This document shows, in pieces, positions 32,960-46,329 of a DNA stretch of 49,797 bases. The DNA comes from Tubiluchus corallicola. Lineage: Eukaryota; Animalia; Priapulida. Below the pieces are notes generated by a model. It was not told where the DNA came from, did not search any database, and saw only the letters and a list, made by a program, of their open reading frames with translations. Numbering within the stretch: position 1 is the first letter of the stretch; each line of letters starts with the position of its first letter. The translations under genes were made by a program, and so were the position numbers. The stretch is from NCBI GenBank assembly GCA_030141605.1, contig JAQGDQ010001281.1, positions 1 to 49,797 of the forward strand, read 5' to 3'.

Positions 32960-34480
32960 TTAGTGGCGGTCGATGTTCCTACTGAAGAATTTTTTCAAAA
33001 CGTCCAAGCAAAGCATTTTGTAGAACAATTTTCGAAGCTTTTTGTTTTTCCAAGCATAAATTATCGGGTTCATAAATGAATTGTTGTACATTAGTACAAA
33101 AAAGATACTGGCAGTCTGGGAAGATACGAGTCCATTTTGCGTGACAATGATCATTCTGATACTTACTATAGTTATTGGAAAATAACAAAAAATGAAAGTA
33201 CCAATGACTAGAGCAATAATCTTGACTGATTTCCAGGCTGCATAAGATTATGGATATCCATAAAACAAGACCAAAAATCCATAAAATAAAATTTGAAAAA
33301 TCCATAAAATAAGAAATGCATAAAATAAAAAAATATTTTTTTTGTGATTTTTTGTACAAAATAAGGCAATCAAAACTGAATACAGGCATTGGATCGAAAA
33401 CTTCAGCCTAGAGGGCATTCTACATTCGTACCAAATAGACGAATTATTTGAATTGAAGTGATGAATTACAAGGCATTGTCTCGTAAAATTTGATTAAATT
33501 TGAAGTGATATGAAACCGATAAAATTAAAACGAAACCCATCAAATTAAAACTGCGTCCTGTGTGTTTAAAAACACGTTTCAAGCCTCCTGTTTTTACTTT
33601 TTAATTGATTTCCCCCTGGGCATCTCGTTCCAGATATAGTCTATTTCTTATTTTATTGATATCCATAAAATAAAATTTCAAAAATCCATAAAATAAGCTA
33701 TTTCATTTATTTTATACATATCCATAATCTTATGCACCCTGCAGTGATTTCACATTATGCTTGAATGATCCTGCTGCATTTGGTTCAATCTGTCGCATGT
33801 GCTTTCGAGCAATACATATAACGTTTGCATTTACAACCAGCAAAACTGCTGTAATGATTACACAATATATAAAACTCAGAATAATGAAATTCTGATTTGA
33901 AAATGCACAGCTATCCTTCCAGCTGTCTTGGAGATATATCACGGCGCTTAGACCAAGTGACTGCAACCACAAAACCACAATAGTAAGCCGAACTACCCAT
34001 TTTCATCAGTAAATTGTACCTTAGTGGGTATTTTATGACAATAAAACGGTCTATTGTAACAGCCAATAATGTTGCCATTGACACGTAACTAAAAACTGAG
34101 GAAATCTGATACAATAGTAAACAGTCACCTTCTGACAACGTGTTATATTGATAGTGGAGTTTATATGAAAGAACGTGCAGATACAATCCTGTTAACAAGT
34201 CTGCCACTGCGAGATTACATATATACCAGTTCTTATACTCTTCCATGTGCTTGTACTTCACAAGAGCTATAATAACTATCAGATTAGTTAGCACAATAAA
34301 TGCTGCTATGATATTTTTCACAACATGAACTACATAAAAAATATATTGGTATTGCCAAGTGGATATGTGTCCATCTGATTGATTCCAGTTGTTGTATGAT
34401 GAATTTTCTATGATAGTCTGACTGTCACAATGTATGGCTAACCAGTTTATAAGTAATATAATCAAAATAGTATGTGACAT
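32960..34480 (-). pseudogene. Class A (rhodopsin-like) GPCR, disrupted by one frameshift (~34000) and a MITE insertion; pseudogene or gene with an assembly error
   Basis: Signal-peptide-like MSHTILIILLINWLAIHCDS; TM1 N (VLTNLIVI); TM2 NLAVADLL; TM3 TIDRF; YPLRY; TM4 W (VVLWL, after a frame change at ATGAAAATGG); TM6 IGTFIFCYFP; TM7 NSFMNPIIY; helix 8 KNKKLR. Ligand class not assignable. Confidence 0.85.
33234..33741. mobile_element. 508-bp hAT-like MITE inside the GPCR ICL3, potentially spliced as intron 33238..33737 (minus strand)
   Basis: TIR CAGG(C/G)TGCATAAGATTATGGATA, subterminal ATCCATAAAATAA repeats, flanking imperfect duplication GAAATCACTG / GAAATCAGTC on the minus strand. Confidence 0.9.
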
Positions 34481-35556
34481 CTTCCAAGTTGGTGTTTGTT
34501 GTTCGTACAACGTAAAGTATTTTACAATCAGTTTGTAGATTGTATTTTCGTTAGCTCTTTAACAAAGGCACAACTGCAATTATAGTTACAACACAGTTAC
34601 ATTACTTCGTTATTCACATTGAAAGAAATAACTACCATAATAGTAATGTAAAGTATTATTGCCCAGTGTGTCAGTTAACAGCTTTAATTACCCCTATTTT
34701 CTGCAAATGCCTTTTAATGGGCGCTGATGTAGAATTTAATTTGTTTACTTATTTGCATAAATCTACAAAGCTTACCTTTATTAGCCACTTTCAGAAACTG
34801 CAATGGTAGCAGTGACAGTTTGTTAGGGCATTATATTAATCAATGTTGGGTGTTAACATACTGTCATGCTTTCATCCAACTAAATGTGAATCGAAGGAAA
34901 CTTGTGCATGACTCATGACAAATTTAGTCCAAACTATTAAAAAATTAAAATGTGAAAATTTTAACGAGAATTTGAAACTTTTAGACATGTTAGAAATCCT
35001 TTAGGTTAATTTTTGTTGTAAATGAGTGAAAGCCACCTTCAATCCACATTAAATATAGCAGTGCCAGATAACCAATAATTGTATAATTTGTTCAGATGAG
35101 ACAGATATAATTTATGTAAGTACTTATTTGTGTAATTTAGTAATTTATGTAAGTACAAAAGCACATGACAGCATATCAAAAATAGCCATAAAACATATGA
35201 ACTCATTTTGTCAAAACAACATAGGAGAAAGTTCAATTCATTTTTCACGCACATTTCTTGCTCAGCTCTATAAAGTGCAAGGCAGCTAAAATACCTGAGC
35301 ATTAATATTTTCTTCTGTGTTATTATCTCCACTTAAGAATAAAATAATTAAGGCTGACATTTAAATTATCTGGAATTGGTGCTAGTATTAGTGGTCTAAC
35401 ATTTACACACTTTTTCAGTGTAGCACGTAATTACTAGTAGATCGTTTTAGACAACCACTCAAGAAAGAAACAAAAATTGTTCAAAATTTTTTGCTTGGGT
35501 TCCCAAATTATTTTTTCTGCACAGGCACTGCAACACATTTATTTCTTGCTTTGCAG

Positions 35557-35603
35557 ATTTGGACGCTGTCAGTTTGTTTCCATCGCACTTGCTTCTGGTT
35601 TTC
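35557..35603 (+). other. Candidate non-coding 5' UTR exon of the NDRG gene (intron 35604..35958)
   Basis: TTTCTTGCTTTGCAG acceptor, GTAAGT donor, and downstream TTTTTACTTTCAG acceptor 99 nt before the ATG. Confidence 0.5.
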
Positions 35604-36057
35604 GTAAGTGTATTTGTTGCTTTTATTATCATTTTATTTTGCTGATAATGTTATTGCTTGTTGAAATTGACTACTGTCATTTTAGCTATCTCTTTTACCG
35701 AGATAAATGCTATGAAAGTTGTTAAATCTAAGATAAAAGCGAATATTACTTATGAAAAAGAAAATAAACTGGTGATTAAAATTTAATGTTAAAACATTTT
35801 TGTTTAATGCATTTTTAACTTTTTGCATGAATGGCACATTAAAATAACTTGAAATCAATGAGATTTGGGTGTGACTGTAAGTGAAGGCAAGATTTCCGCT
35901 ATTATCAGCACGGGTAAGGAATTTGCAAAACATTTTTGTTATTGATTTTTACTTTCAGTTCACTGGCTTTTAACAAACCTCTGCTGTAAGATAATTATTC
36001 CGACTGGCCAGTATTGATCAGTTTAGGTTTACTGCAGTAAGTTTAACTGCATTTACG

Positions 36058-37122
36058 ATGGAGCGTCTCACAGATATCGAGTTGGTTGGGATAAACGTAC
36101 AGGAAACTCAGGCCAGGGCTTACGGAGTAGTTGGCGAAAAGATGATAGGAGACGAATTCGTGCACACTTCCTTTGGCAGAGTTCATGTTGCTGTGCAAGG
36201 CACTAAGGGCAAGCCAGCGTTGATAACCTGCCATGACATTGGACAAAATTATTTATCCTGTTTTGGAGGCTTTTTCAGTTATCGTGATATGGAACCTATG
36301 CTTCAGAATTTCTGCATCTACCATGTTGACGCTTTGGGACAAGAGGAAAATGCAGAACAGCTGCCGGACAATTTTACTTATCCAACTGTTGACCAACTTG
36401 CAGAAATATTGTTCACGATCACTGAGCATTTTCAAATCAAACGCTTTGTTGGTTTTGGTGTAGGCGCCGGTGCCAGCATTCTGTGTCGATTTGCTATCAC
36501 TTACCCACAAAAGATGGATGGTTTAATTTTGATAAATGGTGTGGCAGGTCAGGCTGGTTGGATAGAATGGACGTACCAAAAGATCAGCGCTTGGTATCTA
36601 AAAGGTAAAAGCATGAATGAATTCACGCAGGATTACCTGTTGTGGCACCACTTTGGCAAGGAGACACTTGAATTGAACCATGACTTGTTAATGGCATTTA
36701 AGGAAAACTTGCAGAGGCAGAATCCATTTAATCTGTCATTTTTCATCAATGCTTGGGTAAATCGTACTGACCTACACATCTATAGATTGACAGATGCTGA
36801 GAAAAAGAAGAATCCTGTTCCCATTCCGGCTCGCGCTATCAAGTGTCCCGTTCTTCTGGTAACCGGAGTGACGTCTCCGCATGTAGACGACACCGTGGAT
36901 TTAAACTCCAGATTGGAGCCGTCGCTGGCGAACTGGATGAAGCTGTCCGACTGCGGTGGTATGGTGTTAGAGGAGCAGCCCGGAAAAGTCTGCGAAGCCC
37001 TTATTCTCTTCCTGCAGGGAATGGGTTACGTACAGCATGTAGGACACGTGAAGCCGGCTGGATTATCAACTCCGTCAAAACGACCTTTCTTGGAAGATAG
37101 TAACAAGCGAGTGATTGCTTAG
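36058..37122 (+). CDS. NDRG: NDRG-family (N-myc downstream-regulated) protein, catalytically inactive alpha/beta-hydrolase fold, single-exon CDS
   Basis: 354-aa ORF with family motifs ITCHDIGQNYLSCFGGFF, CIYHVDALGQEE, YPTVDQLAE, GFGVGAGA (Gly at the nucleophile elbow), YLLWHHFGK, LSDCGGMVLEEQPGKVCEALILFLQGMGY. Confidence 0.96.
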   Translation: MERLTDIELVGINVQETQARAYGVVGEKMIGDEFVHTSFGRVHVAVQGTKGKPALITCHDIGQNYLSCFGGFFSYRDMEPMLQNFCIYHVDALGQEENAEQLPDNFTYPTVDQLAEILFTITEHFQIKRFVGFGVGAGASILCRFAITYPQKMDGLILINGVAGQAGWIEWTYQKISAWYLKGKSMNEFTQDYLLWHHFGKETLELNHDLLMAFKENLQRQNPFNLSFFINAWVNRTDLHIYRLTDAEKKKNPVPIPARAIKCPVLLVTGVTSPHVDDTVDLNSRLEPSLANWMKLSDCGGMVLEEQPGKVCEALILFLQGMGYVQHVGHVKPAGLSTPSKRPFLEDSNKRVIA

Positions 37123-39688
37123 AAGTATGCACTGTATGAGAGCTTCTTCATTCTTGCTTTGTGGAATCACTGTCACTTTTGTATCCATTTTTTTGTATGT
37201 AGAGCAACTGGTTAAGTCGGGGAAAAGAAAATGAAATAATATGCGTTGTTGGTAATTTGGCAGCTTGTAATGCATATTTAGTGCAGCAGTACTAAATTTA
37301 AAATGTTAGTGCTGTAGTTTTGCATTATCTGCACAAAATTGGACTTATTGTGAAAGGAGTTTTATGTGTTAACTTTTGCTTAGTAACAGCTTCAGGTCTG
37401 CTACTGACAGGTCTTAAATTTAACACCAATCCTTCCCTAAATTCCTGTAAATCTACCCAAGGACAGGCAGAAGTCGCCCATACACCCTCCGTTTACTTTA
37501 GGCCTGTAACGATTCATCGTTGTGCAACAGTATCGCGATAATCTGAATTACTGATAGGTGACAGTGTGCCGCCTTCCGTAGTGAAAGGGTTATGTCCCAT
37601 TTTTCTTGACAGCAAATCTTAATTACTACTTCATTTGCTGTGTGGCGAAGACGGTGACGTAAACTGGTTAATTGCTTTATTGTTTTGCTGCCATGTATTT
37701 AGCGCTTTATGCTTTAAAGCGGCTGTATTTCAGTTAATGATTAGCTGACATTGTTCCAACGTTTAAATTTTTTACATGCAGGTTTTTCGGCCATAATTTG
37801 ATAACTACTGAAACTTGTAACTTTCAACTTTCTAACGCACTAGTTTCTAATATTATTGTAGTCTAAACTTTTGTGCCACCCGATACAATTGAACATAAAA
37901 TTGGCATCGTGATACCTTTTGTAACAATACGCATATCGTCAAAATGCGTCAGTATAATGCCAATGCGAATCATTGATATTTAGCACAAGCTTGAATGATA
38001 AAAACAGAATGTACTGTAGATACGTAACAATCAGTGCAGTGAGCGCTGTATTAGCAGACTTGACGCAGGCAGACCTAGCAAAAAGGAAGAAGTTGAAACT
38101 GCAACGTGTTTGTGATCTGTAGTCGGCTGATTATGTTTTTGCTTATAAGTTTCTGAAATGGCTTGCAGCAAATGCAATTAAGTAGAAAATGCACCAGCGT
38201 ATTTTAAATCAAAACCATTGAAATGTTTTGCATTTCTGGTGATGTTACAATGCAAATAATACAAGAGCGTAAACAGAAATCAAACAGTCTGCTGAATTAT
38301 TTAACACTTACCCATATATAATATATCAACAGCTTAATCTAGTTTTTTTTGTCAAAGGCTGCAAGCGTTAACTAAATGTGTATCGTGATACGTATCGTAC
38401 CGTGAGGTTAGTATCATGATATGTATCGTATCGTGTCTTGGGTATAAGTATCTTTATTTTATCACCTTTTTACAGGAAGAAAAACGCAGTGCGTAAAACG
38501 ATAATATGATAATAACAATGTAACAAAATTATTGGAAGTAATGTTACAGCGGTAATTTACTCGCGTTTGGCACAAACGATTTTAAAAAGGCAAAAATGTG
38601 AAAGAAAACGGGTGAAATACAAATTTTATGCAGTTAATATTTCAACATTTTTCATACAAAATTCAAGAAGGAGATTGACGTTTGCTTGTTGAAAGTGTTC
38701 TGTTTACTTCTAATGATGCCATTGGGCAAAATTACTTATCAGAGACGTAGTTTGTGGATCGGTCAGCGTGACTGCCAAAAAAGAAAGGCTGCATGATTTG
38801 AAAGTGACTTGAATGAGAAATTGACCGTCTAGTGCGGTCAGGGCAGAAAAACCCTATATGTATGTGAATAATGAAAAAGATGCTGTATAAACTTGTTAAT
38901 TGCTGTGCAAAATTAACATTGTATAGGATTCTTTACCCATTTAACAAACAGGCAAATTTTTTTATGTGGTGATAGGTATATCTTTTAAGGTGCCTGCCTC
39001 CATTTCTCGTAAAAAAATGGCAAATTTGTAATAAAATTAATGTAAACTGTACGTACAGTAATGATTTACGGTTTACCGCTGGAAAGTTTTGTAGCTTTCC
39101 GACAATAGTTGCTTCCACGTAACGTGCTAGAACATTCCAACATAACATGCTATTTGAGCAGTTCAAAAACTGTGTAATTGCAAATTGTTCTTAAATGCAG
39201 ACAAGTGCTAGAACAGACTAATGCTAATTCTAATTGATTATTTAGTAATAAAGCTTTTCCTGTTTAATTTTTAAATACACGTTACATGGTAAGACACATA
39301 AATCATTATTAATCATTGTATATATACACATATACATACATATATATATATATACATAGGGCGCTTTGTACAACATATTTAATTGCTTTTTGTTCTTGGC
39401 TTGTCAATGGTATGTTGTAATTATTGTTGTAACTAATGTTCAGTAAATAACATGGTAATCAAACTAGAGTTGTTAACTGGTAACTAAGATGACGGAATTC
39501 GAAATATTTGCTGACATTTTGTAAAAAACAACTTGAATTGTCAAATTTATTCCATGTTGATATTAATTTATATTAATTTCTAAATCAAGTTATTGTAAGA
39601 AGAATTTGTCAACCATTATAAGGTTAATGTGAAGATTATTATTAAATTTAATTATGCTATAAACGTTAAATTAAATTTCCGTACTCAT

Positions 39689-39841
39689 CTTGAAAGACAG
39701 AAAATGTAAAAAGTTAAAATGCTTCCTGGTTTTGAACCGGGGGCCTTCTGGTTACATTGCTTATGTCTGCAATGTCAGCAGAATGTTGCTGGTTCAAAGC
39801 TAGGCCGCTTTCCAAATTTTTCACATTTCCTGTTTTTCAAG
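39689..39841. other. ~150-bp imperfect palindrome containing two inverted B-box-like motifs
   Basis: CTTGAAAGACAGAAAATGTAAAAA pairs with TTTTCACATTTCCTGTTTTTCAAG; CCTGGTTTTGAACCGG pairs with CTGGTTCAAAGCTAGG. Confidence 0.7.
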
Positions 39842-40804
39842 TTAATTAATTCTGGTTCTGTAACTTCGTGAATTTGAACATGAATTTGTGTCCTTTTAGT
39901 GATAATTAAGTAATTTTCTAAGTTTGCACGCAAATCCCTTGTTAATTCTTACTTCTTAATCAGTACGTTTCAGTACATCTCTAATATCTATGCTAAGGTG
40001 AATTGGAATATTTTCACTGAGTAACACAGTTATTGCTAAAGTTGCTTCATTTTTCAATTCTTGTTAGCAGATGTAAAAGTTTATTCATTGGCCTCGATGA
40101 TAAGCTTTTTCACATTTTGCTCACGAGCAGTTGCTGTAGGTCAAAGGTTAAGCGTACTGTAGCAACTGTCTCGTGACATGTGGGTAAAGCAAAACCGTCT
40201 GGCACACCAGTTCAGTTGTTCTATGCGGATTTTACTTAATTATGAATTAGTCTGCATGTTGAGTGATTTACTAGCAGGATCTTGCTTGAGAACAAGAAAA
40301 AATGAACTAGGTAAGGTTCTAGCTAGCTGCTAAAACTGTTACTATTACAATAGCTTGGGCTGTGTGACATTGCCATGTGTACACAAATGCGTTGTCTAGT
40401 ATAACTAACCTTTGACCTAACCTTTGACCAGGCTCATCATTAACATCTCTCTTATTCTCTTGTATTCTCTTGTTTGCCTGCGATTCCTTTCATCGTCGGG
40501 AGCAATTACGAATTCACTTTAATCAATGAAGCCGTGTATTATAGAGGCGCTTACAATCTTTTAGTTAAAGGTCAATTGCCATCCTTGTGATTGTAATTTA
40601 ATATCTTGATTTCCATTATTAATAAAAGCAGTTTATGTAATGTAATTAATTGTATATTCTTTTGTAATCGCAGAGAGGTTATATATTTTCGCCCAGCATT
40701 TTTTATCATTACTTTAGTTTGGCTATTCGTAATAGATGGAGCAGCAGTAGACTTCGTATTTTTGAAACAAGTCTAGCTTCCTGTTTTAGAAGTTTAGGAA
40801 TTCC

Positions 40805-41857
40805 CAGTAGGTATTATCTTCTTTGGGAAGCTCTATTGAAATGTATGTGAAGATTTACGCTATTGTATTTAAGATGTGGTTTTAAACTGCATAACACACA
40901 CAGTAGGTATTATCTTCTTTGGGAAGCTCTATTGAAATGTTGTGAAGATTTACGCTATTGTATCTAAGATGTGGTTGTAAACTGCATAACACACCCAGTA
41001 GGTATTATCTTCTTTGGGAAGCTCTATTGAAATGTTGTGAAGATTTACGCTATTGTATCTAAGATGTGGTTGTAAGCTGCATAACACACACAGTAGGTAT
41101 TATCTTCTTTGGGAAGCTCTATTGAAATGTTGTGAAGATTTACGCTATTGTTTCTAAGATGTGGTTGTAAACTGCATAACACACCCAGTAGGTATTATCT
41201 TCTTTGGGAAGCTCTATTGAAATGTATGTGAAGATTTACGCTATTGTTTCTAAGATGTGGTTGTAAACTGCATAACACACCCAGTAGGTATTATCTTCTT
41301 TGGGAAGCTCTATTGAAATGTATGTGAAGATTTACGCTATTGTTTCTAAGATGTGGTTGTAAACTGCATAACACACCCAGTAGGTATTATCTTCTTTGGG
41401 AAGCTCTATTGAAATGTATGTGAAGATTTACGCTATTGTTTCTAAGATGTGGTTGTAAACTGCATAACACACCCAGTAGGTATTATCTTCTTTGGGAAGC
41501 TCTATTGAAATGTATGTGAAGATTTACGCTATTGTTTCTAAGATGTGGTTGTAAACTGCATAACACACCCAGTAGGTATTATCTTCTTTGGGAAGCTCTA
41601 TTGAAATGTATGTGAAGATTTACGCTATTGTTTCTAAGATGTGGTTGTAAACTGCATAACACACCCAGTAGGTATTATCTTCTTTGGGAAGCTCTATTGA
41701 AATGTATGTGAAGATTTACGCTATTGTTTCTAAGATGTGGTTGTAAACTGCATAACACACCCAGTAGGTATTATCTTCTTTGGGAAGCTCTATTGAAATG
41801 TATGTGAAGATTTACGCTATTGTGTCTTAGATGTGGTTGTAAACTATATAACACACT
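40805..41857 (+). repeat. 95-96-bp tandem repeat, 11 copies
   Basis: CAGTAGGTATTATCTTCTTTGGGAAGC recurs at 40805, 40901, 40996 ... 41762. Confidence 0.97.
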
Positions 41858-42442
41858 GTATATTTAGCTCCTATTGTGCAAATTTGTTAGCAATATAAGA
41901 TGTATCTGTCCTTAGTTAAGCTGTTATGGTTTTTCCTATTAGTTAATATCACTAATGGGTGGTGACAATTTACTGTAATGCACGGATGAGGTTATTTGCT
42001 TTGCCTTTCTGGCTGTTTCCACTGTGCAATGTGAAAACAGACCATTGCATATCTAAGCACTTGCACCATTTATAGAAAGTAACTCGTCGACGGAAGCTTC
42101 ACAATATACCAGCCTATTACAAATGTGCTTAAAAATCATTTTCGTGACATATCTGCCTTCTCGTGTCCGCAATTTGCCTTAGAAATTTCGTAACCGCGTC
42201 TTAATATTTTGGTTGTCGCGCCGGCAATGCAGTGCGTCTTTAAAGATGAACATGATTTTAGCGAGTTATGCTGTGAAGAGTATGGAAAAACAACATTACC
42301 TATAATGAAACATGTGGATCAGCAAACTATTACATGTTAAAACAGTTCAAATGATGTAAGTTCTTCACAGTGAATTGGAATATTTTCAATGAGTAACCAT
42401 TGTTATTGCAATTCCCACTTTTCAGCTTTTTTTCACCTGATG

Positions 42443-42920
42443 TAATTGTTTATCAGGGCCAAGGCCAAGAGATAGCCGGTACCAAGACAGTAACGGCAGT
42501 GGCTAATTGTTTATCAGGGTCAAGGCCAAGAGATAGCTGGTACCGAGACAGTAACGATAGCGGCTAATTGTTTATCAGGGCCAAGGCCAAGAGATAGCCG
42601 GTACCGAGGCAGTAACGGTAGTGGCTAATTGTTTATCAGGGCCAAGGCCAAGAGATAGCCGGTACCAAGACAGTAACGGTAGCGGCTAATTGTTTATCAG
42701 GGCCAAGGCCAAGAGATAGCCGGTACCAAGACAGTAACGGTAGCGGCTAATTGTTTATCAAGGCCAAGAGATAGCCGGTACCGAGACAGTAACGATAGCG
42801 GCTAATTGTTTATCAGGGCCAAGGCAAAGAGATAGCCGGTACCGAGACAGTAACGGTAGCGGCTAATTGTTTATCAGGGCCAAGGCCAAGAGATAGCCGG
42901 TACAGAGACAGTAACGGTAA
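42443..42920 (+). repeat. 61-bp tandem repeat, ~8 copies
   Basis: TAATTGTTTATCAGGGCCAAGGCCAAGAGATAGCCGGTACC recurs. Confidence 0.96.
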
Positions 42921-43462
42921 CAGATATTCCTTTGTCTTGATATTATAAATTGTTAGCCTTTTCACAGTTTTGTTGTGCACGCACGCAGTTGCTGCAGGTC
43001 AAAAGTTAAGTGTACCACAGCAGTGCGTCTTTACCACAACCGTCACTTGACGTGGGTGAGTAAAGCAAAGCCGTTTGCTGCATCAGTTTACCAACTTCAG
43101 TTGTTTTATGTGGTTTTTACTTAATTATGCATTAGTCTGCGCGTGCTGTGATTTACTAACAGAATCTTGCTTGGGAACAAGAAAAAAATGAACTACGTAA
43201 GGTTCTAGCTAACTGTTAAAACTGTTACTATTACAGTAGCATTGGTGCCAGGCGTTGCTCAACAAAATAAGCAGAACCGTTTACCTTAACTTTACGAAAA
43301 TATACTGGCATCGACTTTTTGTTTATTTTTTCGTTGCTTTTAACTTCATTCAGCTTCATAAACAATTTCTAAATGTTTTGTACGTTGCTCATTCTAGAGT
43401 TGTTTGTTCTAGTTCGATAGACTGCATAAAAACGAATTTATTTTTGCCTTTCTTTAATTTAA

Positions 43463-43918
43463 CCCTTTCAGTCCCAAATTATTTTTTTAATAAATTTTTT
43501 TTGGCTTGGTACTTTTGCTCAGTATGTCCATCTTGTTTACACGTAATAATTATTTTATTCTATCTGTGCCCGCCTGCTAAATATAGCCTGTATCCCACGG
43601 GATACATTGGGATTCAATGGAAGCATAAAATGTGCTTCATTTTGCAACTGCTGATAATTTTTTAAAGTATTTAAGACATTTAGTATGCATGCTATGCTGA
43701 TCTGTACAAGGTCGTCTCTAAAGTACTGTACCTTGCGCAGTTTTTTATGCTACGTAGATTTTTTAGTTTGCCATTTTATCGCCATTTTTAGTCTATTGTT
43801 ATTGGCTTAAATCAAAATAACTATTAACAGATCAAATAACTGTCAGTTTTAACATTTTATTAATTTTAAAAGCAGAAAATATTCTCGTATCCCACGGGCA
43901 ACAACGGGTCCGAAAGGG
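43463..43918 (-). mobile_element. piggyBac-like MITE (family A, longer variant)
   Basis: TTAA TSD, CCCTTT TIR. Confidence 0.9.
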
Positions 43919-44108
43919 TTAACATAAAATTAGTACTTCTTATGGAATTCAAACTTGAAGAGCGATTAATATAGTAATTTTGAGGTTAGTATCTAAAACT
44001 GTAAGAACTCGGATTAGTTGGTGACATAGTTCAATGCAATAAACATGTTTGTATGGCAAAGTCGTATGTTTAGTCTAATCGAATACAGTTAATTTTTTTA
44101 CTTTACCG

Positions 44109-44403
44109 CAGTGGTTCCCAAAGTAGGGGTAAATTACCCCCCGAGGGTAATATGGTTTTTTTTTGGGGGGGGGGGTAACGGGCACCCCTCTGGAAATTTT
44201 AAAACTTGGCTCGGAATGCATTTTACGTAGTTTTGGCAACAGTACAACAACAACACCTGGAAATTTATTTATGTCACGAGCAAACATAAATAATTTTGCT
44301 GCTTGTGGCATATACGTGTGTTTACTTTTTGAGTTGGAGAAGTAGTACTAGGTGGGGGGTTTCCCGATTTGGGTAACGGTCCGAGAAAGTTTGGAAACCA
44401 CTG
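44109..44403 (+). mobile_element. hAT (Charlie-like) MITE
   Basis: CAGTGGTTCCCAAAGT ... AGTTTGGAAACCACTG; a 5' fragment of the same element lies at ~19824..19878. Confidence 0.75.
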
Positions 44404-44761
44404 CTTATAAGCATTATGCATGTGACAAACCTTTCAAAATTGGCTTCGTTAGTGCTGTATGACTTGGCATGGAAAATGGAAAACAGCAAATGCACGATTT
44501 TATGGTTGATTTAGTAAGAACAATTTACTCTGGATTGTGCAGATCAATATCAGTACGAGGAAATGAGCCTTGTCATGTCACAATCCTCGACATCAACTTG
44601 CTGCAAAAATCTAATTTGACAGCTGAAGCCAAATTTGCAGAATTTGAAGCCGCCTGTCTCTGCAGGTTGCTGTAACGATGCAAACGGACTGGTGAATTGA
44701 GTTCGGCTTTTCTGTAGAAGTGATGTAGATTCGCTGCTAGTTTTGCTGTAGGGCTAATCTG

Positions 44762-45625
<864 letters not shown>

Positions 45626-45639
45626 CTAAACAATATAAG

Positions 45640-46131
45640 CAGCAGCTACGGCTCATTTATAGGTGCTGTGAAGTTGCAATGCCCCCTATTTTCATTCGAT
45701 ATTATCGATTACATCCAATAAAATAATACTTTTCTTTAGGTCTTTCTTTATACTTGTACGGAACCAGAGCACGTGAGGTTAGTACTGTTTGCTTCACAGT
45801 CCAGCACAGTGGTGTGTTTGGCTGCTGTACACATGCGGTCTGAGTCCAGGTAGAGAAAGTATTGTCGCTCACACAGTTTGTTGTCAGATGTCACGTGCTT
45901 ACCGTGAATGGATCAAGCTTGAACTGCGACAAGGCTATTAGTAAGCAAAAAATATTTTTTGTTTAGATTTTACCAAGTTTTTGTGTACACTTTCATACGT
46001 TTGTTTGTTTAAAATTACAATTACAACATTAAAATTAAACATGTTTGTTACGTTTTACACAGTATAAAAACAATGGCTAAAAATTTTGCTGAAGCAGCAG
46101 CCCCAGTAATTTTAGCTACGAGTTGCCACTG
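45640..46131 (-). mobile_element. hAT-like MITE (family D), inverted diverged copy
   Basis: Reverse-complement similarity to 24722..25269. Confidence 0.7.
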
Positions 46132-46329
46132 ATGAACATGTAATTAGCGAAGGCAACACGTGTGTCACGTGGTTCACTAAATGTTTCAAGCTGTCATATG
46201 ATCATCAGAAAAGGGTAAATGAAATTCAAACGAGCAAACAGTTATATCAAAGCTTGCTATCAAATAGGATTTGTTTCTCATAGCCAATAGCTGTAACTCT
46301 TTTGAGGTCTGTCTGTTTCTACCATGCCA

